Positions 51,441 through 64,000 of a stretch of 64,000 bases of DNA are shown here, piece after piece; within the stretch, counting starts at the first letter, position 1; each line of letters begins with the position of its first letter. The notes beneath the pieces were generated by a model. It was not told where the DNA came from and searched no databases. It was given only the letters and a program-made list of their open reading frames with translations. Location: assembly GCF_018350175.1 (NCBI RefSeq), contig NC_058368.1, positions 59,646,001 through 59,710,000 on the forward strand, in the 5' to 3' direction. The DNA is from Felis catus (lineage: Eukaryota). The translations under genes and the position numbers were made by a program.

Positions 51441-52315
51441 ACTATGTCAATACACACAGAGCATGAAGTTATGTAGTTATTTTTCATGAAGCAAAGTTAT
51501 CCAATACAACTTTCTGGCTAGATAATCAGAGAGTTCTAATAAATCCTTCACCAGAAGATCACAAAGATGTCAAAACAAGAGGTATTTGGATATAAATTAG
51601 ATGATTTCTTGGGATATTTTCTATATAGTTAGGGTTCTTACTTCATGTTAGTGGAAAATAACCAGCAAGATGTCAATGCAAGAATTTATACCAAAGGGAT
51701 ATTCTTTTCTTGACTGAAAGTTTGAATTGTTTCATTTGTCAAAGAATACTGTGCTACGGAGATGCTGAGCAAAGAAGAAGATCATATATATAGGGGAGGA
51801 TGGAAGTCACTTACATCAACTACTGCTTTGTCATCATATAATGAATGTTACTGGGTTTGCCTTTATCAAGGATTGCATTTATTTTTGTTTATTATTGTTA
51901 TTTTATACTCTTCTAGCTCTTTATTTAGCTCTTTCACTAAATTTTCTTGAATCAAATTTATTGTATAGCACTCTGAACTTTTTTCAAAATTACTTCTGCA
52001 ATTAAAATTTTGGGCACTTTCCTGATTTTCATCTTCCTAAATTCCTGGTTGATTTTTCTACTAACTCATTTCTCTGAGTCACCCAGGACCATTTTAATAA
52101 GTTTTTGCTTTGTTTTGTTGTTCTTTAATTATGTGATTTTACTTTAGTTAGTGAGTCTCCATATCTGCTACAAGAAAAGAAATCCTTAGGATAGATCTAC
52201 AAATTATCATAAACTCCTACTCTTCTCATTTGTCATACATTTAGAATTTGATTTAAATACTGAGCCAGGAAATAAGAACTGAGGTGGAATTGAGCTTTAC
52301 TGATCAGAAGAAAAC

Positions 52316-52332
52316 CACACACACACACACCA

Positions 52333-52373
<41 letters not shown>
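52316..52373. repeat. Interrupted (CA)n microsatellite
   Basis: Read directly. Confidence 0.95.
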
Positions 52374-52375
<2 letters not shown>

Positions 52376-52506
52376 CTTAGATTTTTCCTTTTAACAACAA
52401 AGCATATGAGAAGGTCTCTCAAAAGTTCAATAGTATCTATGTCTGAGTCTAGAGCTTTGTCTACTTTGAAAAGCCTCATTGTGATATAGTTTACATATCA
52501 CTTTTA

Positions 52507-52731
52507 TTTTTTTTTAATTTTTTTAACGTTTATTCATTTTTTTTGAGACAGAGAAAGACAGAGCATGAATGGGGGAAGGTCAGAGAGCGAGGGAGACACA
52601 GAATCTGAAACAGGCTCCAGGCTCTGAGCTGTCAGCACAGAGCCCGACGCGGGGCTCAAACTCACGGACCGCGAGATCATGACCTGAAGCCAAAGTCGGA
52701 CGCCCAACCGACTGAGCCACCCAGGCGCCCC
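52507..52731 (-). mobile_element. Young Can-SINE (SINEC_Fc)
   Basis: CpG-rich near-consensus body; perfect 15-bp TSD tacatatcactttta. Confidence 0.97.
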
Positions 52732-52891
52732 TACATATCACTTTTAAATAACATGCAGAGCAAGCACATTTACTAATAGAACTGAACCATTTCTCATGTT
52801 CTTATATGTTTTCTATACAAATTTTGAATTTTTCAGTTCTATTATTCAACACCATAATGGGAAAAGTGTTAACCCACTATGGCGCTATATT

Positions 52892-52950
52892 TTTCATTCA
52901 TACAATATTTATTGAGTACCTACAGTGTGCCAGACACAATGCTGAGTGGA
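52892..52950 (-). mobile_element. L2 3' terminus
   Basis: ttcattcatacaatatttattgagtacctacagtgtgccagacac. Confidence 0.75.
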
Positions 52951-53459
52951 CTATGTAGTAAAAGTATAACCATGTTTACAGGAACATTATTTTTCCAAAA
53001 TATAGTTTATACTATCTCATATATAACTTTAAGATGTTATACATGATCATCACAACCAGTTCAATAGAAGTCACAAGACATAAATTATAATTCCACTACT
53101 TAGAAACAATGGTATATTTTGGCAAATATTTTAAGAAAATTATACCCATAAGCAAACATTCATTTTCACCACGGAATGGTTAATTCATTCCATATGCCTT
53201 GGTTGTGTGCTGAATTTATTACTTAAAACCTAGTACTTAATATCTATTTCTTGTGAATCCACTGATGATTATCACAAGAATGGCTATAAAACTAAACTTA
53301 GCATAAAACACTTTCAAGTGGCAGGTAATCAGTAAAGAATCATTACCACTATTATTAGAATTTCAATGCCTACTTTGTATTCCATTTTATGAATTTACTA
53401 TAATTTTTTTTACCTGGCCACTCTAATCAGGTATTTAGAATATTTTTGTAATTGTTAAA

Positions 53460-53610
53460 GACCTTGGTCTTTCAGATCATCTGTATGTGATCCTATACTT
53501 AATCTCTTTGAGCCACAGTGTCCTCATCATCATATATGGATAATTATATAACTAATAATATAGCATCCTTGGGAAAAATAAATGAAACAATGGAAGAAAG
53601 TATTTATTAT
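53460..53610 (+). mobile_element. MIR
   Basis: tacttaatctctttgagccacagtgtcctcatc..ggataat..aaataaatgaaacaat. Confidence 0.6.
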
Positions 53611-54084
53611 GGGAAATCATACATAATTACTACTAAGCAATTTAAGTTTTTACTTTTACATTTTCATTACATTTAATTTATACCCATGTTTTGTTGTATA
53701 TCTAGTACACAAAATTCTGTGTTATCTTTTTCTAATATTTATTTTAACCAGTCTTTTATTTTGTTCTACTGAATGGCATGGAAAATAAATCCCAAAGAAA
53801 GCTGACAGATGTGCTGATATTTGGATAATAGACTGTGTGGGTAGAGTGGGACAATAGTGCTTACTTACAGAGAACAAAACAAAACAAAAAACTGTATATC
53901 ATTCTCCCTGTCAGGTGTTTTAATCATATAATATTGTGTATTTTCAAAATATCCCCATGGAGAAAATGTAACTGATTATATTTTGCAGAAGAGTAAAATA
54001 GGGCCCACGTGGTTTATTTAAAAATTGAAGACTTGAACTCAAGTTCGAGTTCAGTTCCTGCACATCCTCTACAATATGTAGTAT

Positions 54085-57000
54085 GGTCAGTCGTTTTAAT
54101 TTAAGCCATTCGAATAAATATGCAATATCATCTCAAGGAGATTTTAATTTGCATTTTCCTGATGATTAATAATGATGGATTTCTTTTCATGCATTTATTT
54201 GCATCTTTGGCAAAGAATCTATTCAAATATGTTTCCATTTTCTTTTTTTCTGTCTATTGAGTTTTGAGATTAATTTTTATATTCTATATACAAATAATTC
54301 ATGAAACTCTTTTTTTACAAATAAAATCAGTTTTACTTCCTTTCCAATCTAGATGTCTTAATTTTCCCTTCCTTAAGTTGAAGATATGATGGACTGCATT
54401 GTTTGATTTTTGAAAGCTGAACTAAACTTGCATTTCTAACATAACCTTAAGTGGCCATAATATAAAATAATTTGTATGTATTGTTGATGCTTACTTGCTA
54501 AAATTATTTTGATTTTTTTGCATTGTAAGACATACTGGTCTGTGGAATTTTTTCCTTGTAATTTAGTTGCTTCATGGTGTGAGTTGTAAAATATTGCCAT
54601 CTTTTCAATTTTCTGGAAGATATGTTGATGAACTGATATTATTTATTCCTGAAAATTTGGTAGGTGCCATAAATATAGCCATCTGAGACTGGGGTTTCCA
54701 TTATGGGAAAGTTTAAGTCAAATATATCAGTTGGTTATAACATTATCAATTTCTTCTTTTGTAATTCTTTGGAATTTGATACTATGTTTCTTTTAAGGAA
54801 TTTGTCTATTTCATGTAAGTTGTTGAATTTATTGGCATAAAGATATTTTTAAATGATCTTAATACTCTGTTATACCTGTAGAAACTCCAGTGACCCTTCT
54901 TTCTTTCCTGTTATTGGCACCTAAATAAACTCTTTTGTCCAGATTAATCTGATTAGAAGATAACCATTATTAATATTTTCAAGATACCATATTTGACATC
55001 ATTTATTTTCTCTATTTTTTCTATTTCAGTGATTTATGCCATTATCTTCATTATTTTATTTTGTTAGTTTATTTTATATATTATTCCAGATTTACTTTAT
55101 TTTCTTTTTAACATAGAAACTGAGGTCATAAATTATAGGCTAATCTTATAGGTGTTTGGTACCATGAAATACATAAGTATTGTCTTAGGTGTATCCTCAA
55201 AATTTTTAGTTGATGTGTTTATATTTTCATTCAGCTTTAAAATACTTTCATTTTTAGGTAACATACAGGTGTACTCTTTAGTTGTCATACATTTTTGTAT
55301 TTAGCCAAAATGTTATTGGTTTCTAAGAAAATTCTCCTGTAGGCAGAGGCCATATTTTTATGACTGCAATCATTTTATGTTTGTTGAGACTGTTTCAGTC
55401 CTGATTGTCTTCTGTCTTGGTAAATGTTCCATATCTGCTTGAAAAAAAAAGTATATTTTTCTCTCGTTGGGTAGGTTGCTCCATAAGTAGTCAATGATGG
55501 AAGTGTTACTGGAGTCTTGTATGACATTACTGATTCTTGGTTTATCTGCTTTATCAGTTATAGGGGATATATTGAAATCCTCAAAAATAATTGTAATTGT
55601 TTAGTGTTTTAAAGGTGTTATACTTCTGCCCTTTCACCTGCATAATTCCAACAAATAATCCTTCCCTCAACCTTCTGTCTGTTCATCTACATAAAACAAA
55701 TCTTTGTTTCCCTGGTTGCTTTTAACATTTGTTTTCTTTATCACTGGTTTGGAGCAAGTTACTTAGAATGTGCTTTAGTATAGTTTTCTTCACATTTCTT
55801 TTATTAAAGTTTAATTAACACTTTAAATATGTAGGTTTACAGTTCTCAACAAGTGTAGAAACATCTGGCCCATGATTTTCCAGATATTTTTACTGTCATC
55901 CACCATCCCTTTTCTCTTTCAGGAATTTAAACTTAAGCTTCAATTACATTGAACTTCTTAAAGTTGTCCTACAACTCAGCAATGTTCCTGCCTTCCTTTT
56001 TTTTTTTTTTTTTTTGGTTACTTTTTACTGTTTCAGTTTTTATAGTTTCTATTTTTCACTTTAAATCTACTAATAATTTCTTCTCTGATGTCTAATTCGC
56101 TGTTAATCTCACCTGGTGCTTTTTTAAAATTTCACACAGTGTAATTTTCACATCTAGATATATGATTAACTTTTTTCTTTCAGAACTCCTGGGTGACTCA
56201 ATTGGTTAAGCATCCTACTTCAGCTCTGGTCATGATGTTGTGGTTCCTGAGTTCAAGTCCTGCACCAGGCTCTCTGCTGACAACACGGAGCCTGCTTCAG
56301 ATCCTCTGACCCCCTCTCTCTCTGCCCTTACCCTGCTATCTCTCTTTCTTTCTCTCTCTCTCAAAAATAAGCATTAGAAAAAGACATATCTTTCATGATT
56401 CTACTTACTTTTTGAACATTTGAAATGCAGTTGGTTGTATGTCTTTTTCTTCTAAGTTAAATATTTGTATCAATTCTGTCAGTTTCCAATAGTTAAATTT
56501 TCTTGCCATAATGGCTTATATTTCTTGCTTTTTTTCACACCTGATAATTTATGTGTCCTATCAATGTTCTTGACCCTTATTCTGTGAAATGATTTAGTTA
56601 TTTGCAAAAGTTGTATCTTTTGGCATCTTGTTTTTTTATGATTGGTTAGGGAGGAATAAGTTCATTTTCAGAAAAGGGCTAATTGTATCTCAATATTTAG
56701 TCAACATTTTTAATGGTCTTTCCAATATCTTGAGGCTTTCTCATGTCTAGTGGAAACATGCACTACTCCTGGCCACATGCAAACGTTGGGCACTCTCACC
56801 TCTAATCCTTTCAAAATGGATGTTTTAGCAAGTCCTAACTAATTTTCTTACATATATATACTTATCAGTACACAGCTGAATATGCAGAAGAACCCACTGA
56901 GGAACTTCAGAGTTCTCCATGTGTGTTTCTTTTTTCTGAAGTTCTCAGTTTTCTGAACTTAGTCATCTTGGTCTTCCTGGAGTCTTAGATTTTCTCCTAA

Positions 57001-57350
57001 ATCCAGTGTCTAATTTCTTCTGGGTACTTCCTTTTTCCACCATGACCTGCAAACCATATCAGGTACTATTCTGGGACAGTGATGTGACTCACCTCGTTTT
57101 TTTCCTTTCTCTTCAGGATAATTTTTAATCATCTGAGATCTAGAATCTTAAAAAACTTTTTTTTTCCAATATTTTGCCTACTGATTTAATGTTTCTATGG
57201 GGAGAATAAATCTTGCTTTCGATTCTTCATTTTGGTCCAAACCTAAGTGTCATGTTTCCAGTCATTCACCTACCCTGGATCTCTACAGAGGAAAAGCAAA
57301 CTATCACAATCCAGGGCAACATAATCACAAGATATCTCCCTTATTTCATT
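54085..57350 (-). mobile_element. Ancient fragmented L1 (ORF2 pieces through ORF1/5' region)
   Basis: ttttaatttgcattttcctgatgattaat, gccatctgagactgg, ggaatttgtctatttcatgtaagttg and ggtaaatgttccatatctgcttgaaaa are antisense L1 motifs; many deletions. Confidence 0.78.
56183..56382 (+). mobile_element. Can-SINE
   Basis: ctcctgggtgactcaattggttaagcatcc head, CT tract, A tail. Confidence 0.92.
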
Positions 57351-57559
57351 GTAATCACTTTGTATCGCTTATCATTTTGTGGTCTATACATTTAAAAAAT
57401 AATACAGCACAGTTTTCATCCTTTATTTTATTTTTTTGTTTTTAGAAAATACACATAGCATTTTAATACTACCTCTGAGGATTTTCATAGATGTGTGCAC
57501 ATAATGCATAGAGAGTGTTATTGGCATTCAAGGCAGGTTTAATTGGGAACTTGGCAGAT

Positions 57560-57900
57560 ATTCAGCAAATGCTACCTAGAAGAGTTGATTACAGAATTAC
57601 ATTTGAATTGATGATGTGGAGTTCTCAATGGAAGAAGACACAGCATGAAAACATTTCAGACATGGGTAATATGAAAAAATGTGCAGAGGTGTGAATAGAA
57701 TATAATGTGTTTGCAAAATCTCAAATAGACTGCTATTTCTGGATTATGAAGTGGAGTTCTGGAATGTTAAGTCTGCTTTGAAAGATGAGGTTGAGCTAGC
57801 TGACTGTTGCCAGATCAAAAAAGAACTTGTATAATAGCCAACATAGCTGACCATGATCCATTTTGGAACCATTGATGGGAGTAATATAAAAAACTAAGTA
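57560..57900 (-). mobile_element. L2 remnant
   Basis: catttcagacatgggtaat..gtgcagaggtgtga..agatgaggttgagc..gccagatc. Confidence 0.5.
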
Positions 57901-58489
57901 AGGAAAATAAAGTCTTTCAGAAGTGATATTAGTTTCCAGCAAACACATAATTTGTAGAGTCAATTATTCATATGATTATGAGATTTTTGGCTAATATCAT
58001 TAAGTGATCATGAAAACACTATAGCAAAATACAGACAATAGATTGATTCTAGGTGTGGGTTTTTAAAGGCTATATAACTGATGAAGCAGTCTGGGGTTTT
58101 GTGGGTGATGCTATGAAGCTATGAAATGATCAGTCATGAATTTCAGGGTAAACAAAAAATGCAAATAATGATTGTAGTTGAAGTAGGGTACAACTGGAAA
58201 AAATAGGAAGTTGTTTTCTGAAAGTTGAATAGAAGAACGTAAGATTTTGGAATTCAGCAGTTCTATTACAATGACATTAAACAAGATAAAAAGGATATCA
58301 ACCAGTTTCTCTCCTAATGAGTTTGTGTCCTGGAAAACAGCATTATCCATTGCCAATGCTATAGCAATTTATGACAAGTATCAATGGAGGAAAGCATGAT
58401 TTCTATAAATTTTCATGCCAAAAATAAGCCTTTATGTTGTGGCCTTCTTCAGTCTTCTACCCCTAGATATAACCACCTACAGTTCAAAA

Positions 58490-58740
58490 TGGGTAGAAAT
58501 GTCTGTTCCTCCCTGGGTTCTGCACTCTCTACTCGGAGTCTTAAAGCACATAACGATGCATATTGGGACACTCCTCACAATCGCCACCTCTTTTCTTGAC
58601 TGACTCCTGCTCATCCTTCAGGTTTCAGCTTTAATGTTCCATTTTCAAAGAAGCTGCCTTTGCACCTTTCTCTGCCACCCTCTTGGGCGAGGTTAGTGTG
58701 TCCTCTGTATAACCAGAAGACACCTATAATTACACAATTA
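58490..58740 (+). mobile_element. L2 remnant
   Basis: tgactcctgctcatccttcaggtttcagctttaatgt..gaagct. Confidence 0.55.
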
Positions 58741-58795
58741 TTTTGATATGAGATTGCCAAATTTCCTATTTATATGTTCAAAACCAATATTTAGT

Positions 58796-59010
58796 GGGGC
58801 ACCTGGGTAGCTCAGTCAGTAAAGCGTCCCACTTCGGCTCAGGTCTGATCTCACCATTCGTGAGGTCAAGCCCCCGTTGGGCTCTGTGCTGACAGCTCAG
58901 AGTCTGGAGCCTGCTTCAGATTCTGTGTCTCCCTCTCTCTCTGACCATTCCTCACTCACACTGTGTCTCTCTCTCTCAAAAATAAATATTAAAAAAGTTA
59001 AAAATTACAA
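58796..59010 (+). mobile_element. Can-SINE (SINEC_Fc type)
   Basis: Canonical body; TSD caatatttag. Confidence 0.96.
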
Positions 59011-59849
59011 AAAACAATATTTAGACCAAGCGTTAGCATTATTTCTGAGAATCTTCAGTGCACTTATTAATAGGCTGTGCACAGATCCTCTGTAAACAAT
59101 AATTGCTCATGACCTCATTTATGGAATTTTTTTTTCAAGGAGGAGCTCTTCCATTGAATATCTGTACTTTTGTTTTCAGCTAGTCCTTAAAAGGCACTGA
59201 AAGAATCACCAAGGATTGCATGTTATGCACCCTAGACTCCGTGAACATAACTGTCTTCTGATATATCTATGTCACTTGTGTTTGCTCTGCTATTAGTAGC
59301 CTAGGGAGAAAAAATTACACTCTCACTGCACAGTGGCAAATGTTATTTCTCCGTTTTTGTCAATGTCTGAGATTGGAGACTTACAGGGCTCCTTGAGCAT
59401 TTCTAGCCAACATTATTGCCTGAGGGTGTCTTTTATATGCTCACAATCACCATTGTCAGCACCAACTTTCTGGATCTGCTATTTTCCTATTTTTATTTCT
59501 CTTTCGGTTCTGGCTGCTATTCCCTGTGGTTATATGACTGCAGAGCATACATCTTTACTGCTGGCAGCGGCTGTAGCACGTTGCTACGTTAATGCCTACG
59601 GATTTGCCAACAGTGCCTGTGCAGATATGTGCAGAAGCTGTTCCCCTGTGCCTCCGTGTCTTTGTGGTACACTGCCATTCACAACGGTTTAATTCATTCC
59701 CCAGCAGTGACCCTGGGAGTCTAATGATTCACAGGAACTCTTTAGTGAAACACATCTTTCTGGGTTTCACTTGCTGTTATCTCTCCCAGGAATTCTGATC
59801 TGAGTCTGTAGGCGTTAGAAAGGGGAATTTAATGTAGCCATTTGTGTAG

Positions 59850-60340
59850 TCATTTGCTCATTCCGTCAACATACTTTTATCGAGTTCCTATTAAGTGCCA
59901 GGTGCACAGCTAAGCAGTGAGAAAGCAACAAAGGGATTGTTCGCTGCCAAATCCAGCGGACGGTCTAGTCTGGTGGAAGAGACAAAGATTCAGGTTTTTG
60001 TTGTTGTTGCTGTTTTTGTTTTTTATCCCACATATTTAAAGAATATTTATATGTCTCACATTCAGAACAGAGTAATAAATAAAACTGACCAAGACCTTGC
60101 TCTCTTGGAAGTGAAGTCTATCTTCTCTGGAAAAGAGCTAATGAGCAAATAAAACATAAACAAGTAGTGACAGTTGTTATGAAGAAAAACAGCAGAAAAA
60201 TAAAACTATGTTATATATGATGAATTACAGTAGAGTATGTTTTAGATAGTACATCCTTTCTAAGAATGTGTCATGAAAGCAGAGTTCTAAATAGACCAAT
60301 CAGAGGGACAAAAGGCAATTACAATAAAAAATGCAAAGCC
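59850..60340 (-). mobile_element. L2 3' end remnant
   Basis: cattccgtcaacatacttttatcgagttcctattaagtgccagg..gaccttgctctcttggaag. Confidence 0.6.
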
Positions 60341-60463
60341 ACTGTTATTATTACGTGTTAAATAATTTCTTCTATTACTAAATTTTATTTTGAGTTTTGT
60401 CACAGTTTACTAAGGCATTGTGTTCCTCTTTCCACGTTGAACATATTTATTAAAATTATTGTT

Positions 60464-60745
60464 GGGGCACCTGGGCGGTTCAGTCGGTTGAGCGTCCCAC
60501 TCTTGATTTTGGCTTAGGTCATAATTCCAGGGTTTGGGGATTGAGCCCTGTGTCAGACTCTGCACTGATACCTTGGAGCCTGTTGGGATTCTCTCTCCCC
60601 CACACTCTCTGTCCCTCCCCAGTGCACTCTCTCTCTCTCTCTCTCTCAAAATAAATAATGAAACATTTAAAAAATTTAATATCTAAAAAAGGAAAAAAAA
60701 TCTCTCTCTCTGCCCTTCTCTCTCTCTCTCAAATTAAAAAAAAAT
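60464..60745 (+). mobile_element. Can-SINE followed by a second CT-tract/A-tail fragment
   Basis: Full body to ~60699, then tctctctctctgcccttctctctctctctcaaattaaaaaaaaa. Confidence 0.92.
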
Positions 60746-62136
60746 CTCGAACAGCTTTTGCTTTTTCTTCGTCCCCCTACAGTTAAAACTACATCACAAA
60801 TGAACTTAACAAAAAACAAGTGAATTTAATCAAGCAGTTTTTCAATTTAAAACACCCAGTAGTTACTAGTTACTAAACATGGATTTAAATGTAGTCAATC
60901 TATTTTTTCTAAAATCATTAATTCTTTGATTGAAGTCAATAGGTAGAGGCTATCTAAACATGGACATTGATTTGTCATCAACTAACAGGAGTGATTCAAT
61001 CAATGAAGTTACAGATAATCATTCCAACCATTTGTAAAAGGTAATTAGATTCGTTTAATGCCAGAGGGGGAAAATAGTTCAGATCTGGTGCTTTATGAAT
61101 AGTTTACTCTGAGAGATTGATCATGGTTACATGTCTTTTTTACTCTAAAGGCACACTACACGGATTGATACATATTTGTTACTATAAGTTATATATACAC
61201 ATATATCATACCTTTCATAAGATATATATATTTCATAAGATATGTAATATGTATATGTATCTTAGCATTCACTGTGAGAAATATATACATACATATATTT
61301 CTCATAGTGTAAAGTAAGATGAACATTTTTAGTTTATCTAGAATCAGAAAACTTATTCTTACTTTGGTAATGCAAAGCAATATATGAGATCTCTGAGTAT
61401 ACAAAACTAATACTAGGTTTTTTAAATCCATGATAATGGGTATGTATATTACATTTTATTACCTTATGAAACTTAGCATATATGTAATTTTTGTCCCAGT
61501 AGTAACTTTTTTTTCCAATTGTTAGATAATTGAGTCATAAATTAAATTTAAGAAACACTTCTATGTATTTGGAGCTACCTATATTTTTAATGAATAGGAT
61601 AAACACTGTTTTTAGCTATGGTTTGTCATACCTCTTTGTTCTTCATATTTAATAATGTATGTTTAGAAAGCCTGTCCAAACACTGCGTGGTGTATCTAAA
61701 AGTTTGAAGTGCCATTCCTAAAGCACTGAGTTCTAGACCTTTTTATGGTCTAGATACAAAAGTGTATGCAAAGCCCTGTAATCTACCTCAGAGGTATTTA
61801 ATGACTAAACATAAGGTCAGCATATAAATTCTCAAAGAATTTTGACTAGCATAATCCTGTAGTTAATTTCCAATTTTGGTTCTTTTAATTGATGTATATG
61901 TCCATCTTTATACCAAGATGGGGTGAGGAGCTTCTGATTTCCCAGGTCCAGATCAAGGGCCAGCCAGCAGTCACATACTTTCTATTACGTCTTCCAATAT
62001 AAACCAATAAAAATATAAAGTTTTTAGAATTTTTAATGGGTTAAATTTGACTTGCAAAATCAAATTTTAATCATGAATCTTAAATATATATTTCCTAAGC
62101 TGCGTCACTGAGAAAACCTAGAAAAAAATGATTCAG

Positions 62137-62330
62137 AGGGACGTCTGGGTGGCTCCATCAGTTGAGTATCTGCTCTTGATTTTGGCCTAAATCGGATCCC
62201 CATGTCAGGCTCTGTGCCGAGCGTGGGACATGCTTAAGATTTTCTCTCTCTCTCCCTCTGCCCCATCCCCCGCTTGTGCGTGGGCTCTCTCTCTCTCTCT
62301 CCCAAAACAAACAAACAAACAAACAAACAA
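62137..62330 (+). mobile_element. Can-SINE, internally deleted, (CAAA)n tail
   Basis: gggacgtctgggtggctc head, CT tract; degenerate TSD cc(t/c)agaaa(a/c)aa. Confidence 0.88.
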
Positions 62331-62759
62331 GACCCAGAAACAATGAGCCATATTTCACCTAGATTTTCATGTGAATAAAAGATCAGAGACTTCGAAGATT
62401 TGGGAAAGAACTCTGATTTTAGGACATCTTGTTCCAGAGGTCAAGGAAGTACATGATAAATAATCGTTTTTTTTTAATCTGACACCAAAACCAGTTTAAG
62501 GACAGGCATCCCACTACCTGAATTTTGAAGAATATGTGCACAGAACGAAAAATTGATTGTCCACTGGAATATTCAAGAGAGAAAAATATTTCCACCATTG
62601 TAGATATTATGATGTCCACTTCTTATAAGAAACAAGTCATAGGTGAAAAAGATACTTGATTCAACACTTTAAAGAAAAACTGTTGTTCATTCACATTTAA
62701 TGGCATTTCTAGTATGATTTTGTCAATTACTGAATAAAAACTATAGTACTAAAAATCAC

Positions 62760-63210
62760 CATTTTGGTATCTTTAACGAAATAATAGATCAGGGCAAAAT
62801 CATCAATAAATGTTAGCATTTGTTGAAAGCTAATGCTTTATTAATCCATATATTACTTTGTAATTGAAAAAGGGACCTGTTTTTCCAGTGGAGAAAGCTG
62901 ACAGTCATCAGTTTAACTAAATGATTAAAATTAACCTCACTAAAAGTTAGACTACCTATAATGGGTGCTGCCTAATGGAATGTAACATTAAGTTAGACTC
63001 TGAAGGATTCTTGCCAAAAGTATTTAACCTGACTCTAGTTACAATTTAGAGTTATCTTCCTCTTTGGACACAAAATTAAATGATACCACAAGGAAATAGA
63101 TAAATCCAGAATGTTTAACTTCTATGGAAACTTGCCAGATTGTGTTAAAAAAATACAAGTCATTGAAACAAAAAAAGAAAGAAAAGAGAAAAGAAAAGAA
63201 AAGAAAAGAA

Positions 63211-63254
<44 letters not shown>

Positions 63255-63455
63255 AAAGAGTGATGGGTGCCATTTTAGTTTGAAAGAATTGTAGAATCCT
63301 AACAAGAATGTACAATGGAAGAATCTGGATCCTGGATCCTGACTTGATAAAAAAAGAGCCATTGTAAAAGCCAAATCCAGAAACTCTGTGTTAATAAATG
63401 GTATTAGGAAAGTTCATTTCTGTTGGTATGGAAATGATATAGAGTTGTTGATGTA
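62760..63455 (+). mobile_element. Ancient L1 3' UTR (L1ME/L1MC-like)
   Basis: cagtggagaaagctgacagtcatc..attcttgccaaaagtatttaacctgactcta..gataaatccagaatgt..ggatcctggatc. Confidence 0.65.
63176..63258. repeat. (GAAAA)n(GAAA)n microsatellite
   Basis: Read directly. Confidence 0.95.
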
Positions 63456-63458
63456 GAA

Positions 63459-63615
63459 CAAGGTTCAGCAAACTACTGTGGCCCTGAGCAAAGAGCAGGT
63501 ATGTTTGCTACCCATTATAAAAATCTGATTTCCTAAATTCAAAGTTCAGTAATGCAACCCATTGCATGTTCATCTGCGCACATCTGCATTGCTCCCATGT
63601 AGCATTGAGAGTAGA
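63459..63615. mobile_element. Possible MER58-like hAT remnant
   Basis: caaggttcagcaaactac start resembles the MER58 terminal inverted repeat; the rest is weak. Confidence 0.3.
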
Positions 63616-63678
63616 ACCTGATTAGAATAGTTCCATCATTTAATGGAAAGTAAGAAATGAAGGCAAGCTATATTGAAT

Positions 63679-63700
63679 TATTTATTCATTTTGAGAGAGT

Positions 63701-63755
<55 letters not shown>

Positions 63756-63930
63756 AGAAAGAAAGAGAGTGCAGGGGAGGGGCAGAGAGAGAGGAAGAGA
63801 AAACCCCAAGCAGGCCCCTTGCTATCAGCACAGAATCAGATGTGGGGCTTGAATTCATGAACCATGAGGTCATGACCTGTGCTGAAATCAAGAGCTGAAC
63901 ACTTAACCGACTGAACCACCCGGGTGCCCC
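63679..63930 (-). mobile_element. Can-SINE with long (GA)n
   Basis: Antisense body ending ccacccgggtgcccc; TSD tgaattattt. Confidence 0.95.
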
Positions 63931-64000
63931 TGTATGAATTATTTGAGGCGTATGAGCAGTACAGAAAACAAAATGGTTTTTTTCTTGTTTTTTTTTTTGT

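Noticed and set aside
5505..63930. tRNA-like A/B boxes (tggctcagtcgg, ggttcgagccc) at many sites
   Set aside because: They are heads of tRNA-derived Can-SINEs with CT tracts, tails and TSDs, not tRNA genes.
1..64000. A previously undescribed multi-gene biological system
   Set aside because: No intact coding genes, structured RNA genes or organised arrays were seen; known repeat classes and unique non-coding DNA account for the content.

Overview
AT-rich, CpG-depleted mammalian genomic DNA from a feliform carnivore, most likely a felid. The basis is 24 tRNA-derived Can-SINEs, mostly of the SINEC_Fc type, plus a feline-type L1 3' UTR. I recognise no host protein-coding exon, RNA gene or CpG island. 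The recognisable ORF-track entries are decayed transposon frames (L1 ORF1/ORF2, ERV-L pol); the rest look like chance frames. The window reads as a large intron or gene desert filled with young SINEs (most with target-site duplications, TSDs), carnivore and ancient L1s, L2/MIR relics, MaLR (MLT1) LTRs including one LTR-int-LTR provirus, and three separate ERV-L fossils. I found no evidence for a new biological system. The most notable observations are a perfect 62-bp local templated insertion flanked by a duplication, an L1 that keeps both termini but lacks its RT domain, an LTR40-like provirus with a tRNA-Ser(GCT)-like primer-binding site, several nested or inverted insertions, and a few non-repeat, CpG-retaining islands that may be regulatory. 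Repeat subfamily names come from recalled consensus sequences, and boundaries of old repeats are approximate.
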